A DNA stretch of 64,000 nucleotides from Actinobacteria bacterium UBA2286 (GTDB taxonomy: Bacteria; Actinomycetota; Coriobacteriia; Anaerosomatales; Anaerosomataceae). Positions 27,830-37,872 of this stretch are shown one piece after another. A model generated the notes under the pieces. The model did no database searches. It had not been told where the DNA came from and worked only from the letters and a program-made list of their open reading frames with translations. The stretch covers positions 23,061-87,060 of the forward strand of contig DDWM01000047.1 of NCBI GenBank assembly GCA_002345925.1, given 5' to 3'. Position numbers and translations under genes: made by a program. Every line of letters begins with the position of its first letter. The first letter of the stretch is position 1.

Positions 27830-28641
27830 ATGCGGAGCACCCGCACGGTCTCATTCACGTCATGCACCCGCACGATGTCGGCGCCATGCGCGGCCGACCA
27901 TGCAGCTATCGCAAGGCTGCCCTCAAGCCGCTGCTTCGGGTCTGGCTCACCAAGCACCATGCCGATGAGGCTCTTGCGCGACGACCCCACCAGCACGGGG
28001 TACCCGTATGTCGCAAGCTCGTGCAGCCGCCGCAGCAACTCCAGATTCTGCTCAAGCGTCTTACCAAAGCCGATTCCCGGGTCGATGCAGATGCGCTCGT
28101 GCGCAACGCCAAGCTCCTCCAGCGTGCGCGCTCTGCCGAGTAGATAGCGGCCCACATCATCGACGACGTCACCGTAGCGCGGCTCGGCCTGCATGGTCTT
28201 CGGCTCGCCGAGCATGTGCATGATGACAAGACCTGCATCGCAATCGAGCGCGACGTTGATCATCTCGGCATCTCGGAAGCCGGAAACGTCGTTCACGATG
28301 CTCGCGCCAGCTTCAACCGCCGCACGCGCGACGCTTGCGTGACGGGTGTCCACCGAGACCGGCACGCCGAAGTCGCGAGCGAGCGTGCTCACAACAGGGC
28401 GCACGCGCGCGATCTCCTCGGCGGGTGAGACCTCGTCGGCGCCGGGGCGCGTGGACTCTCCGCCCACGTCGATGATCGCGGCTCCGTCGGCCACCATCTG
28501 CCGACCATGCTCAACCGCCGAGATGGGATCTTCGAACTCGCCGCCATCGGAGAAGGAGTCGGGCGTGACGTTCAGCACGCCCATGACGAGCGTGGCATCA
28601 AGCGGCAGCTCGAAGCGGCCACAGCGCCAGATACGATCCAC
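27799..28641 (-). CDS. folP: dihydropteroate synthase
   Basis: VMGVLNVTPDSFSDGG and DIGGESTRPG-type motifs are present. GTG at 28641 is the first start codon after the folE stop (28647). Confidence 0.9.
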   Translation of the reverse strand: MDRIWRCGRFELPLDATLVMGVLNVTPDSFSDGGEFEDPISAVEHGRQMVADGAAIIDVGGESTRPGADEVSPAEEIARVRPVVSTLARDFGVPVSVDTRHASVARAAVEAGASIVNDVSGFRDAEMINVALDCDAGLVIMHMLGEPKTMQAEPRYGDVVDDVGRYLLGRARTLEELGVAHERICIDPGIGFGKTLEQNLELLRRLHELATYGYPVLVGSSRKSLIGMVLGEPDPKQRLEGSLAIAAWSAAHGADIVRVHDVNETVRVLRMWRAIEGESA

Positions 28642-28646
28642 CGGCG

Positions 28647-29231
28647 CTACGCCCCCTTGATGAGCGACATCGCCTCGGCACGCGTTGCGATGTTTCTGGC
28701 GAAGATGCCGCGAACGGCAGAGGTCGCGGTGATCGCGCCGGCTTTCTGGACGCCGCGCATCGACATGCAGAGGTGCTCGGCCTCGATGACGACCATCACG
28801 CCTTGTGGGTCGAGATGCTCGACGATGGTGTCCGCGATCTGCGACGTGAGGCGCTCTTGCACCTGCGGGCGCTTCGCGAAAACGTCGACCACGCGGGCAA
28901 GCTTGGATAGACCACAGATGCGACCATCCTTGCTCGGGATATACGCCACGTGTGCGCGGCCTATGAATGGCAACAAGTGGTGCTCGCACACCGAGTAGAG
29001 CGGGATGTCCCGGATGAGCACCATCTCCTGATGACCCTCGTTGAAGGTCACGCGGAAGTGCTCGGCGGCGTCTTGATTGAGGCCCGAGAAGATCTCCTCG
29101 TACATGCTGGCGACACGGCGAGGCGTGTCGAGCAGGCCTTCCCGGCCAGGATCCTCGCCAACGCCTTCGAGGATGAGACGCACGCCTTGCTCTATCTTCT
29201 CGCGATCCATGACCCGCTCCCGTGAACGCAA
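28647..29231 (-). CDS. folE: GTP cyclohydrolase I
   Basis: 194 aa with [10 protein letters not shown] and HLCMSMRGV motifs. Confidence 0.9.
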   Translation of the reverse strand: MRSRERVMDREKIEQGVRLILEGVGEDPGREGLLDTPRRVASMYEEIFSGLNQDAAEHFRVTFNEGHQEMVLIRDIPLYSVCEHHLLPFIGRAHVAYIPSKDGRICGLSKLARVVDVFAKRPQVQERLTSQIADTIVEHLDPQGVMVVIEAEHLCMSMRGVQKAGAITATSAVRGIFARNIATRAEAMSLIKGA

Positions 29232-29232
29232 A

Positions 29233-29260
29233 TGGGGGACACTGCTCTCACAGTATCCCC
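29233..29260 (-). terminator. 11-bp hairpin between the tadC stop and the folE start (terminator/attenuator-like)
   Basis: The minus-strand RNA is GGGGGAUACUG-UGAGAG-CAGUGUCCCCC, followed by AUUUGCGUU. It ends 2 nt before the folE ATG region. The U-tract is weak. Confidence 0.4.
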
Positions 29261-29291
29261 CATCGGGAGGTGTCGCTGGTAGTCGCGAGTG

Positions 29292-30221
29292 CTACGGGAT
29301 GAGTCCGAAGGCGCGGCCGATGGACACAAGCGCCGGGCCGAGGACCACGATCAGCGTAGCGGGCAGGATGCAGAGCACGAGCGGGAAGACGATCTTGACT
29401 GGTGCCTTCTGGGCGATCTCCTCGGCACGCTGACGACGCTTGACTCGCATCTCTTTCGCTTGCGAGCGCAAGACGTTCGAGACGCTGATGCCGAATACAT
29501 CCGCCTGGACCATCGAGGTCACAAACGTGGAGACCTCGGGCACGTCTGTCCGTTCAGAGAGGTGACGGTACGCGTCTGTGCGCGGGATGCCGGCCTGGAT
29601 CTCCTGCAACATGCGCGCGAACTCCTCGGCGAGCGGACCGTGGCTGTTCGCGACGAGCTTTGCGACAGCTTGATCGAAGCCGAGACCCGCCTCAACGCTG
29701 ATGGTCAGCATGTCGAGCATGTCAGGCAATGCGCGCCTGATGGCGAGCTGTCGCTTGTTGACAGCCGACCACAGCGCGATGTCGGGCACGAAGAATCCGG
29801 CAGCGGCAGCAACCAGGCTCACGAGAAGCACTGTGCCACCGAAGCCGCGCAGCAAGCCGTACAAGATCACGCATGTGCCGTACGCAACGACGGCACAAAT
29901 CGCCTTGTATGTGAGGAACCCACTGACTTCCATGCCGCGCGGATTCCCCGCCTTGGCCAGCCGTACCCGCAGCCGCTCTACGTACGCGTCTGGAACAAGC
30001 GCGCGTAGTCCGCCGAGAATCGACGAACCCAAAGGGCGGGTGACGCGCTCTCCAAACGGCTTGAGCACCGGCGATGCGTCGGACACCTGCGAGCGCTCGT
30101 ATGCGCTGAGGCCCGCCAGGCGACGCTTCACGCGCCGCTCCCCCGAGAAGAGCAGATCGAAGACCGTGAACGCGAGCAGCGCCGCCCCAGCGCCAGCAAG
30201 AAGGATTGCGAGAGTGTCCAT
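29292..30221 (-). CDS. tadC: Tad pilus inner-membrane platform protein TadC (T2SS F-domain)
   Basis: 309 aa with a T2SSF-type domain and three TM helices. It is adjacent to the tadB-like gene. Confidence 0.8.
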   Translation of the reverse strand: MDTLAILLAGAGAALLAFTVFDLLFSGERRVKRRLAGLSAYERSQVSDASPVLKPFGERVTRPLGSSILGGLRALVPDAYVERLRVRLAKAGNPRGMEVSGFLTYKAICAVVAYGTCVILYGLLRGFGGTVLLVSLVAAAAGFFVPDIALWSAVNKRQLAIRRALPDMLDMLTISVEAGLGFDQAVAKLVANSHGPLAEEFARMLQEIQAGIPRTDAYRHLSERTDVPEVSTFVTSMVQADVFGISVSNVLRSQAKEMRVKRRQRAEEIAQKAPVKIVFPLVLCILPATLIVVLGPALVSIGRAFGLIP

Positions 30222-32135
30222 CTATATCTCCACCTTCGTGACGCGATTGAGCCACACCGCACCGACAAGCAACAGAACGCCGCCGCCAATTGCGAGCACC
30301 CACCCGAAGACGGCGGTCAGCATACCCGACATGTAGGTCGGGTTCACGAGCAGGATCGCCGCAAGCTCAACAAACGGCAGGAACAGCAGTATCCCTCCCG
30401 AGAGCCGGCCCTCGGCTGTGAGTGAACTGACATGCCGCTTGAGCTCGGCGCGCTCCCGCATCGTCGCCGCGACAATGTCGAGCACCTCGGCCAGGTTGCC
30501 GCCCACCTCTCGCTGAATCGCGATTGCCGAGACGGCCCACGCGAAGTCCTCGCTGCGGATCCGGTCGACCATGTGCTCAAGCGCTCGCTCGATCGGAAGC
30601 CCAAGCCGCGTCTCTGTCTGCGCGCGCCCAAACTCACCTGAGGCCGGTTGCGCCATCTGCTCGGCAACGAGTCCCACAGCCTGCAGGAATCCCCAGCCTG
30701 CCCGAAGCGAGCCGGCCAGCAGGTTCAGGACCTCCGGAAGCTGCTCCTCGAAAGCGGCGCGCCGCTTCTCGATACGGTTCTGCAGAAGCAGTAGCGGCAC
30801 GACCACGGCCACCAGTGCAACGATGATCGTTATGGCCAACGATCTTGTGACGAGCATCGCGAAGAGTCCAGAGGCAAACACCAGGACGAGGTGCAGGTAT
30901 ATGTACTCGGCAGGGCGAATCGGCAGTCCGGCGCGCTCCAAACGCTCGTGCATCATGCGCGTGAAACCCCATCTGCCCGCCACGTATCCGACAGCACCGC
31001 GCATCTTCGCCTGCAGCGCTGCGGGCGTTCCGGGGACGTCGGCGTCAGCTCCATCTCCCTCTGTGCCCAGCTGGTCGTAGAACTCGAGCCGCTCCAGTCC
31101 AAGAGACCGGCGCTGCAGCAGCAAGAAGACACCCCAAGCCAGGAGCATTGCCGAGGAGAATACCAACACGACCGCCAATATCCCCAGCAGCAGGTTCGGA
31201 CTAGGGGGGTCAAGCACCGGGCCGGTCGCCGCTGCGGCGTACAGCGGATTCGGTATCGTGAGGCCGCCAGTTGCCGTCTTATCGCCGAGGGATGCGGTGA
31301 CCTCTACCTCAAGGTCTTTCGTATTGGGACTGAGGCTCTTGTACGTGACCAGATACTGAAGCCCGATCTCCTGCGAGAGCGCCTCATAGATTGACAGGAG
31401 TTCGCCGGAGTCCGCTGCGGCGACAGCCCTGCCGCCCGTCTCGGCAGCAAGCGAGCTGAGTGCCCGCGGATCCCACTCCTTCGATCGGAGCGTTACCGCG
31501 TATACCGCCGCGCCCGACGCTTTGAGCCGCTCGAGTGCCGTCTGGAAGCTGGCGACGCTCACAGTGTCACCGCCGTCGGACAGCAACACAACGCTGCTCT
31601 GGCGCTCGCTGTTGTCAGTTGCAAGCGCAGCCGCGCGTACAAGCGCGTCGTGCACCGCCGTTTCACCGGATGGCTTGAGACCATCAAGCGCCGACAGGAG
31701 AGCTTCCCGGTCATCGGTGAAGCCTTGCCTGACGTTCGGCTCGAAGGCGAAAGTCACGACCGCGGTTCGGTCTCCCGGCCTCATCGCGTCGATGAAGGCG
31801 CGGCCCGCAACGGTCGCGTCCTTGAGCGCTGCTCCCTTCATGCTCCCGCTGGTATCTATCACAAGCACAACGTCAACAGGCTCGCGCGCCGCGTCGGCCG
31901 GACTGCGCACGTCGGTGACATCGGCATCAACGCCGTTCTCTTGCACACGAAACGATGGAGTGTCCGGTCCGGCGCCGAGAACACCGCCTGGAAGCGTCAC
32001 AGATAGCGTCACGCCAGGAGGTTCGGTGATGTCCTCAACACGCACACCAAGCGTGCCGTCTGCGGCGAGCGCCGGCACGGGCACAACCATCAGAACCGCC
32101 ACGAAGAGCGCGATAAGTCTGCGCACTGTGCTCAC
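30222..32135 (-). CDS. tadB: fusion of an extracytoplasmic von Willebrand A domain with the TadB platform domain
   Basis: It has a signal peptide, a vWA MIDAS motif (VVLVIDTSGSMKG), TM helices, and a T2SSF domain in the C-terminal ~300 aa. Confidence 0.8.
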   Translation of the reverse strand: MSTVRRLIALFVAVLMVVPVPALAADGTLGVRVEDITEPPGVTLSVTLPGGVLGAGPDTPSFRVQENGVDADVTDVRSPADAAREPVDVVLVIDTSGSMKGAALKDATVAGRAFIDAMRPGDRTAVVTFAFEPNVRQGFTDDREALLSALDGLKPSGETAVHDALVRAAALATDNSERQSSVVLLSDGGDTVSVASFQTALERLKASGAAVYAVTLRSKEWDPRALSSLAAETGGRAVAAADSGELLSIYEALSQEIGLQYLVTYKSLSPNTKDLEVEVTASLGDKTATGGLTIPNPLYAAAATGPVLDPPSPNLLLGILAVVLVFSSAMLLAWGVFLLLQRRSLGLERLEFYDQLGTEGDGADADVPGTPAALQAKMRGAVGYVAGRWGFTRMMHERLERAGLPIRPAEYIYLHLVLVFASGLFAMLVTRSLAITIIVALVAVVVPLLLLQNRIEKRRAAFEEQLPEVLNLLAGSLRAGWGFLQAVGLVAEQMAQPASGEFGRAQTETRLGLPIERALEHMVDRIRSEDFAWAVSAIAIQREVGGNLAEVLDIVAATMRERAELKRHVSSLTAEGRLSGGILLFLPFVELAAILLVNPTYMSGMLTAVFGWVLAIGGGVLLLVGAVWLNRVTKVEI

Positions 32136-33499
32136 CGCCTCGCGGGAGGCTCGTAAGCGAACACTTCTGCAGGCAGATGAATGCCCAGATCTTCCAGATG
32201 CGCCGCGAACTTGGGACGCAGCCCCGTGCCTTTCAGTTGGCCAAGAGACCGGCCATCATCGTCCACGCCCATGGTGAAGTCGTAGTAGAAGATGTCCTGG
32301 AGTACGACGGTGTCGCCCTCCATCCCCTCAACCTCGGCTATCTGCACGATTTTTCGCGAGCCGTCCCGCAGACGCTGTAGCTGGACGATCATGTGAAGGG
32401 CCGAGGATGTCTGCTCCCGAATCGCGCGGATCGGCAGGTCGTAGCCACTCAGCAGCACCATCGTCTCAAGGCGCGCGAGGGAGTCTCTCGGCGAGTTGGC
32501 GTGAATGGTCGACAGAGAGCCCTCGTGACCGGTGTTCATCGCCTGGAGCATGTCGAGTGCCTCGGCTCCACGCACCTCACCGACGACGATACGGTCGGGA
32601 CGCATACGCAGCGCGTTGCGGACGAGGTCGCGGATGGAAATCTGGCCTTTGCCTTCAATGTTCGGCGGGCGCGATTCCAGTCTCAGCACATGACTCTGGC
32701 CTAGGCGCAGCTCCGCCGCGTCCTCGATGGTCACGATCCGTTCATCGTCAGGCACGAACGCCGACACGACGTTCAGAAGCGTGGTCTTGCCGGTACCCGT
32801 ACCTCCCGAGATCAGGATATTGAGACGGCCGTGAACGCACGCTTTCAGGAACTCGGCAGCGTGGGCATCGAGGGTCCCGAATGTGATCAGGTCATCGATC
32901 GTGTACGGCTCCTGCGAGAACTTCCGGATCGTCAGCATTGGACCGTTGATCGCCAGCGGATGGATGATCGCGTTCACGCGCGACCCATCAGGAAGCCGCG
33001 CGTCCACCATCGGTGACGATTCATCGATTCGGCGACCGACCTGTCCGACGATCTTGTCGATGATGCGCATGAGGTGCGCCTCATCGATGAAACGCTGTCC
33101 TGTGAGATAGAGGCGTCCGCGACGCTCGACGTAAACCGTGTCGGCGTTATTGACCATCACCTCGGTGACTTCCGGATCGCTGAGCAGCGCCTGCAGCGGC
33201 CCATAACCGAGTATGTTGTCGATCACATCGGCTGAGATCTCACGCCGATCCGATGCGGACAGCGGCGTACTCTCTCGTCCAAGCAGCTCGCGGAGCTTGG
33301 CCTCGATTGAGGACCGCATCGCGGCCTCGTCGAGGTCTGGCATAGACAACTCTGTGCCCATCTCCTCGATTAGCAGATAGTGCAGACTGCGCTTGATCGC
33401 ATCCTTCACACTCTCGGCAATCTGCTCGGTCGCTCTGTCACGTTCCTCCACTACCTGCACAGTGCCCTCGGTCTGCCCTAGTCTCTCTCTAAGCGACAC
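32132..33499 (-). CDS. cpaF: Tad pilus secretion ATPase CpaF/TadA
   Basis: Walker A is [41 protein letters not shown] is the typical CpaF signature. Confidence 0.92.
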   Translation of the reverse strand: MSLRERLGQTEGTVQVVEERDRATEQIAESVKDAIKRSLHYLLIEEMGTELSMPDLDEAAMRSSIEAKLRELLGRESTPLSASDRREISADVIDNILGYGPLQALLSDPEVTEVMVNNADTVYVERRGRLYLTGQRFIDEAHLMRIIDKIVGQVGRRIDESSPMVDARLPDGSRVNAIIHPLAINGPMLTIRKFSQEPYTIDDLITFGTLDAHAAEFLKACVHGRLNILISGGTGTGKTTLLNVVSAFVPDDERIVTIEDAAELRLGQSHVLRLESRPPNIEGKGQISIRDLVRNALRMRPDRIVVGEVRGAEALDMLQAMNTGHEGSLSTIHANSPRDSLARLETMVLLSGYDLPIRAIREQTSSALHMIVQLQRLRDGSRKIVQIAEVEGMEGDTVVLQDIFYYDFTMGVDDDGRSLGQLKGTGLRPKFAAHLEDLGIHLPAEVFAYEPPARR

Positions 33500-34640
33500 T
33501 GCTGCTCACCTCCTCGCATCCCGCTGCGATGTTCTTCGCCAAATCTCCCAGGGCATGAGCGACGCCTGAACGCGGCGCATCCAAGACAACGGGGATGCCT
33601 CTATTCACGGACCGCGGGACAAGCCTGTCACTTGGTAGCTCCGCCACCACCGGAGCGTTGATCGTGCGCTCAGCCTCGCCCGGGTCAAGCCATACCTTGC
33701 TATCTGCCCTGTTGATCACAAGGCGGATGAGACCGTTGTCGTATCCCATTTGCGCAAGCTTCTGTAGTGAGACCCTCACATTCTTGATGCTGGCAACATC
33801 CATGGTCGCGACCGCGTAGACCGCGTCGCTGTTGTCGATGGCGGCCAGAACGACGTCGTCCAGCGCGGCGGACGTGTCGATCACAACAACATCCGCAATC
33901 TGGCTCAGCAGGCTGATAATCGCGTTGATGCGGTTGACTGTGACAACCTCCGCATCCTCCGGATGCACGGGAGCAAGCAGCACCTGCAGCCCGGAGGAAT
34001 GCGGCGTCAGAAAGCCACGGAGCATCTCGGCGTCCAGCCGGTCGAAGGACTGGATCGCCTCGAAGATCGTCCGCTCGGGAACCAGATCGAGCATGATGCC
34101 AACGTCCCCGAACTGCAGATCCAGGTCGACCAGCACGGTCTTGAGGCCAAGCTTGGCGAGCGCAACGCCGACATTGCACGAGATCACCGTCTTGCCTACA
34201 CCACCCTTTGTGCTGAACACCGTGACGACTCTGCCGCGCGAGGGCACAGACACGGGGTGCGCCTCTTCCAGGCGTGGCCCCGAGGTCGCCAGTGCGGCCT
34301 GAATCGCGCGAACCACCTCACCAAATTGCTGATCCATCGGTACGACATCGTGCACACCCGCGCGCATCGCGCGCCGCAGCAAGTCGGTGGACTCCTCAGA
34401 GCTGACCAGAACGATCGCGACCGCACCGTCGGGTCTGAGTGTCTCGGCAAACTCGACGGCAACCGCCGGAGCTACGGATGACCCCAGCACGAGCACGTCG
34501 GGGCGACGCAGCGGAAGCAGCGCACTCGCCTCCTCAAGGGTTCGCACCTCATCGCAACGCACGTCCGTTTCGCCTTCAAGGAGTGCGCGTAGGCGACGAC
34601 AGAACCGGGCGTCCGAATCAGCTATGAGAACCAGACCCAT
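33489..34640 (-). CDS. cpaE: CpaE/TadZ-like: receiver-like domain plus a ParA/MinD-type ATPase
   Basis: It has an N-terminal REC-like fold and a deviant Walker A (FSTKGGVGKT). Confidence 0.8.
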   Translation of the reverse strand: MGLVLIADSDARFCRRLRALLEGETDVRCDEVRTLEEASALLPLRRPDVLVLGSSVAPAVAVEFAETLRPDGAVAIVLVSSEESTDLLRRAMRAGVHDVVPMDQQFGEVVRAIQAALATSGPRLEEAHPVSVPSRGRVVTVFSTKGGVGKTVISCNVGVALAKLGLKTVLVDLDLQFGDVGIMLDLVPERTIFEAIQSFDRLDAEMLRGFLTPHSSGLQVLLAPVHPEDAEVVTVNRINAIISLLSQIADVVVIDTSAALDDVVLAAIDNSDAVYAVATMDVASIKNVRVSLQKLAQMGYDNGLIRLVINRADSKVWLDPGEAERTINAPVVAELPSDRLVPRSVNRGIPVVLDAPRSGVAHALGDLAKNIAAGCEEVSSSVA

Positions 34641-34649
34641 GGAATCCCC

Positions 34650-35420
34650 CTATTTGTAGATGGTCTTTATGTTGCGACCCGGCGTCCCGGGAAGCTCGGT
34701 TTCAGTAGTAGGAAGCAGCGCGAGCCAAACAGAGCCCTGGCGCTCGGCAAACACGAGCTTCTCTACATCCTCAGGCTTCAGGGCCAGCGTGACCGTTGGC
34801 GACTGAGCGACCTCGCCCGTATTCGTCCCCCGAGCTCCGGTCGTGATCGCTCCGTCTTGCCCCGTGTCGCCGGGGCCGGTTCCCGTGCCCGTATCCAAAC
34901 CGACAGCTAGTACGCGTGCCTTCGGCAACAGAATCCTCGACTCTGCGTCCTTGCCATTGGGGCCAGGATCGAACGTCGCGGTGACAAGCACCCAGTCGCC
35001 TGACTTCAGCATTCCGCCAACGCATGTGACGTCATCAGCAGGAATGGAGACAGCCACGAATCCGTCGGGGATCGCAAATGATAGTCCCGCCTCGCTCGGG
35101 AACTGGAACCGCGCCCGTGTGACCTGCTCTCCCCTACTCAGCGTCGCCGCGAGCACCTGCCCCTCGATTCCGCGCACCGAAGAGACTGCACTTGCGGAGA
35201 CATACCGCTGCGGAACCTCCTGCATCTGGATGAACCCATCCTTGAGAGCCTCCTCTGCGGTCATGCCACGAGGCACGTCCTGCATGGCCACAAGCACCTG
35301 AACCGGCTCGGCCTCTTGTGTTAGTCGCGCCGTCGCTCCACGCAGGTACTGCGCGGTCACGAGCGCAGCCGCGACTCCTAGAATCACAGCAGCAATGAGG
35401 ATGAATACTCTCGACCGCAT
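34650..35420 (-). CDS. cpaB: Flp pilus assembly protein CpaB (SAF domain)
   Basis: The start is at the ATG at 35420 (MRSRVFILIAAVILGV). It has an N-terminal TM and a SAF-like VLVAMQDVPRGM segment. Confidence 0.8.
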   Translation of the reverse strand: MRSRVFILIAAVILGVAAALVTAQYLRGATARLTQEAEPVQVLVAMQDVPRGMTAEEALKDGFIQMQEVPQRYVSASAVSSVRGIEGQVLAATLSRGEQVTRARFQFPSEAGLSFAIPDGFVAVSIPADDVTCVGGMLKSGDWVLVTATFDPGPNGKDAESRILLPKARVLAVGLDTGTGTGPGDTGQDGAITTGARGTNTGEVAQSPTVTLALKPEDVEKLVFAERQGSVWLALLPTTETELPGTPGRNIKTIYK

Positions 35421-35439
35421 AGCGCACTCCTTCTTCAGG

Positions 35440-37059
35440 TCACTCCGGCGCCACGAGCCGGATAGTCTGCACGTAGAGTCCGTCGGGGCGCACGTCCGAG
35501 AGTGCATCCGAGGGAGCAACATATTCGATGAAGCGTCCGACGATCTTGTCTTTGGCAAGGTTGGAGCCGGGTTCGATGAAGAACGCCGCAAGGCTCACAA
35601 CGCGCATGGGCGACTTGCCTGTCACAACCTGCATCTTCTCAACGACCGGCACGTACACAACACGTGATGTTCCGGGCCGGCCGAGCGCCTCCCACTGGCT
35701 GAAGGTCAAGACGTCACCGGCGAACCGATCATCCAGCGCCTTCTCAGTGCTCGGCCCGGAAAGGGTTCCCGGCTCGGTCCAGACGGTGTCCCCGATATGG
35801 ACGACGAAGGGGAACTCCTCGGCCAGGTAGTGATAGTAGGCGGGCGGTTTGTAGCCCGGGTCTGAGGTGATGTCGTACTCCGCAGGGTCCTGCGGATCAC
35901 GCCAATTTGGCGGGTGCCTGAGCGACGCGAGGTCGATGGCGCAGAAGTTGCCGACCTCCCCCGCACCCCCAACTACCTTGAGTTCGTATTCGTTCCCGTA
36001 CACGTATTCGTTCAGCTGTACTGACACCGTGACCGCTTCACCGGGACCCGCCACGTAGCGCGCAAGCGTGATGTCGGAGATAGGGTACGTCGAGCGGCGC
36101 ACGAGAAGCATCGCTGCATCAGTGACGGTGGTCTTCCCGACGCTCACGTCGACCGGGAACGACGTCCACAGATCGTCGACAGTGGGTACACTGAGTGCGA
36201 TTGACCAGAGGTTCGGCTGTCCAGAGACAGCTGAGAGCTTAAGGTTCTTCCCGTTGAATCGTGCGTCGGGCTTGTCTGCAGCGCGAACGTAGAGCCGAAC
36301 GGCTGCTCCTGAACCAGAAGTCACAACGTACTTGTCGAGGTAGACGTCCTCGATCGCACAGCCCACTGGCGGCACAAAGACGGCGGCCGCACCTGAGACC
36401 TGCTCTGGCACGCCGTTCGGGTAGCTGCTTGTTCCGTCGGGATACGCAGTCTGCGAGTTGTATGCCGTGACGTCCACCTGATACCCGTCAAGCGAGCGTG
36501 TCGAGGGGGTAACGATACTGCCCTGCCACATACCGCCGCCACGGTCGCTAAGCCACACTTCCGGACCGCCTGCGATGCGCGCCGAAACCTTGGTCGCGTG
36601 CACAACCGGCACCGACCACGGCACCATGCCACGCATGCCCGTGAGGTAGGCGACCTGCGCCCTGGCTCGAGCCTGCACGGGCGCGGTCTGCAACCCGAGG
36701 ACGCGTGCGAAGAAGAGCGGAGACTCCTTCTCCACGGCCACCTGGACGTACTGGTCGGTCACCACCGTGTCCGGCGGATCGCTGAGCATCACCAGACCGT
36801 CGCCAGGCTTAGAAGCATTCTGAGCGGCGAACGACTCTGCCTCAATCAGTGCAGCAGCATGACTACCACCATCAGCTAGGATGCGGCAACCCGCAAGAGC
36901 ACCAGCGTCGGCGGCTGTTTGGAGCTGTCGACGAACGCTCAAGAGATAGCCCACGTCCACAGCTATGGCCGCGAACAACACAAGAACAACTATGAGAATG
37001 GCAACCGTGACAGCGACTCCGCCATCATCGCGCCGAATAAGCGACTTCATTACAATCAC
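35440..37059 (-). CDS. TadG-like minor pilin / pilus-associated large protein
   Basis: The N-terminus (GGVAVTVAILIVVLVLFAAIAVDVGYLLSVRRQLQTAADAGALAG) matches the TadG N-terminal pseudopilin-like motif. 539 aa. Confidence 0.7.
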   Translation of the reverse strand: MIVMKSLIRRDDGGVAVTVAILIVVLVLFAAIAVDVGYLLSVRRQLQTAADAGALAGCRILADGGSHAAALIEAESFAAQNASKPGDGLVMLSDPPDTVVTDQYVQVAVEKESPLFFARVLGLQTAPVQARARAQVAYLTGMRGMVPWSVPVVHATKVSARIAGGPEVWLSDRGGGMWQGSIVTPSTRSLDGYQVDVTAYNSQTAYPDGTSSYPNGVPEQVSGAAAVFVPPVGCAIEDVYLDKYVVTSGSGAAVRLYVRAADKPDARFNGKNLKLSAVSGQPNLWSIALSVPTVDDLWTSFPVDVSVGKTTVTDAAMLLVRRSTYPISDITLARYVAGPGEAVTVSVQLNEYVYGNEYELKVVGGAGEVGNFCAIDLASLRHPPNWRDPQDPAEYDITSDPGYKPPAYYHYLAEEFPFVVHIGDTVWTEPGTLSGPSTEKALDDRFAGDVLTFSQWEALGRPGTSRVVYVPVVEKMQVVTGKSPMRVVSLAAFFIEPGSNLAKDKIVGRFIEYVAPSDALSDVRPDGLYVQTIRLVAPE

Positions 37060-37517
37060 TCGATTCGCATGGTTGCAGTGCTTCTAAGGAGAAACGTCCC
37101 GTCGGAAGTCCCGAATATCTCCTGCATGAGCGGTGTGAACACCGGTACTTCATGGGTGACGGTGACCGTAGCCGCATCACCCACGTCGCCGATGCCGGGA
37201 TCCTCAGGATTGACGATGATGTCCGCATCCGTGAGTTCGAGACCTGGCGAAGACTGAGCCGCTTTGTATCTCACGGTACCCGGCGTTGAAACGGATCCCG
37301 CCGGATACTCTAGAGCGACCCATCGCACGCCTTCACGCGCGGCGTGAGTGAGCTCGACCCACTGGAAGAAAAGAAACCCGAATTGGATGATGCCAACGAG
37401 CAAGATGACGAGCATGCCCGAGACAAGAGCAAACTCGACTGCAGCGGCACCGTCATCGGCACCCGCTCTCTTACGTCGCCACAAAGTAAGCACCCCCCAC
37501 CGAACAGCCGAACCCAT
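37056..37517 (-). CDS. tadE: TadE-like pseudopilin
   Basis: The GAAAVEFALVSGMLVILLVGIIQFG motif is present. The start is at the ATG at 37517. Confidence 0.75.
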   Translation of the reverse strand: MGSAVRWGVLTLWRRKRAGADDGAAAVEFALVSGMLVILLVGIIQFGFLFFQWVELTHAAREGVRWVALEYPAGSVSTPGTVRYKAAQSSPGLELTDADIIVNPEDPGIGDVGDAATVTVTHEVPVFTPLMQEIFGTSDGTFLLRSTATMRIE

Positions 37518-37554
37518 CCGGGGACCCGAATTCGGGTCCCCGGATACATATCGA

Positions 37555-37737
37555 CTACGCCGCGATGAGCTTGTCCAAGACTGTCTGGAACAGAGCTGCG
37601 AGCTCATCACCAATCAAGAAGACGACCGTCAGAATGGCAACAGCGATCGCGGCGACCATGATGCCGTACTCGACTGCTGTAGCTCCCTCCTCAGCCTTGC
37701 TGTGATCGAGGGCCCACGCATAGAACTTGAGCAACAT
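37555..37737 (-). CDS. flp: Flp-family type IVb pilin
   Basis: 60 aa. EEGATAVEYGIMVAAIAVAIL is the Flp G/xxxxEY processing-site and hydrophobic-core motif. A strong SD (GGAGGGAGG) lies upstream. Confidence 0.85.
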   Translation of the reverse strand: MLLKFYAWALDHSKAEEGATAVEYGIMVAAIAVAILTVVFLIGDELAALFQTVLDKLIAA

Positions 37738-37872
37738 GCGAATACACCTCCCTCCAAATCCCCCTGGCTAGGACGACACTGCTAAGAACGTCCCCGTCAT
37801 CTAGGAGGAGACACATCAGTCGAAAGGATGACCCAGGTCTGAGCCGGGTTCATACGGAGGGATGAGGCTGAG

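Noticed and set aside
29232-29291. Possible THF or other folate-related riboswitch upstream of folE
   Set aside because: Only 60 nt are available between tadC and folE, and they are fully accounted for by a single simple hairpin. This is too short for the known folate-class aptamers. I kept it only as a hairpin/attenuator observation.
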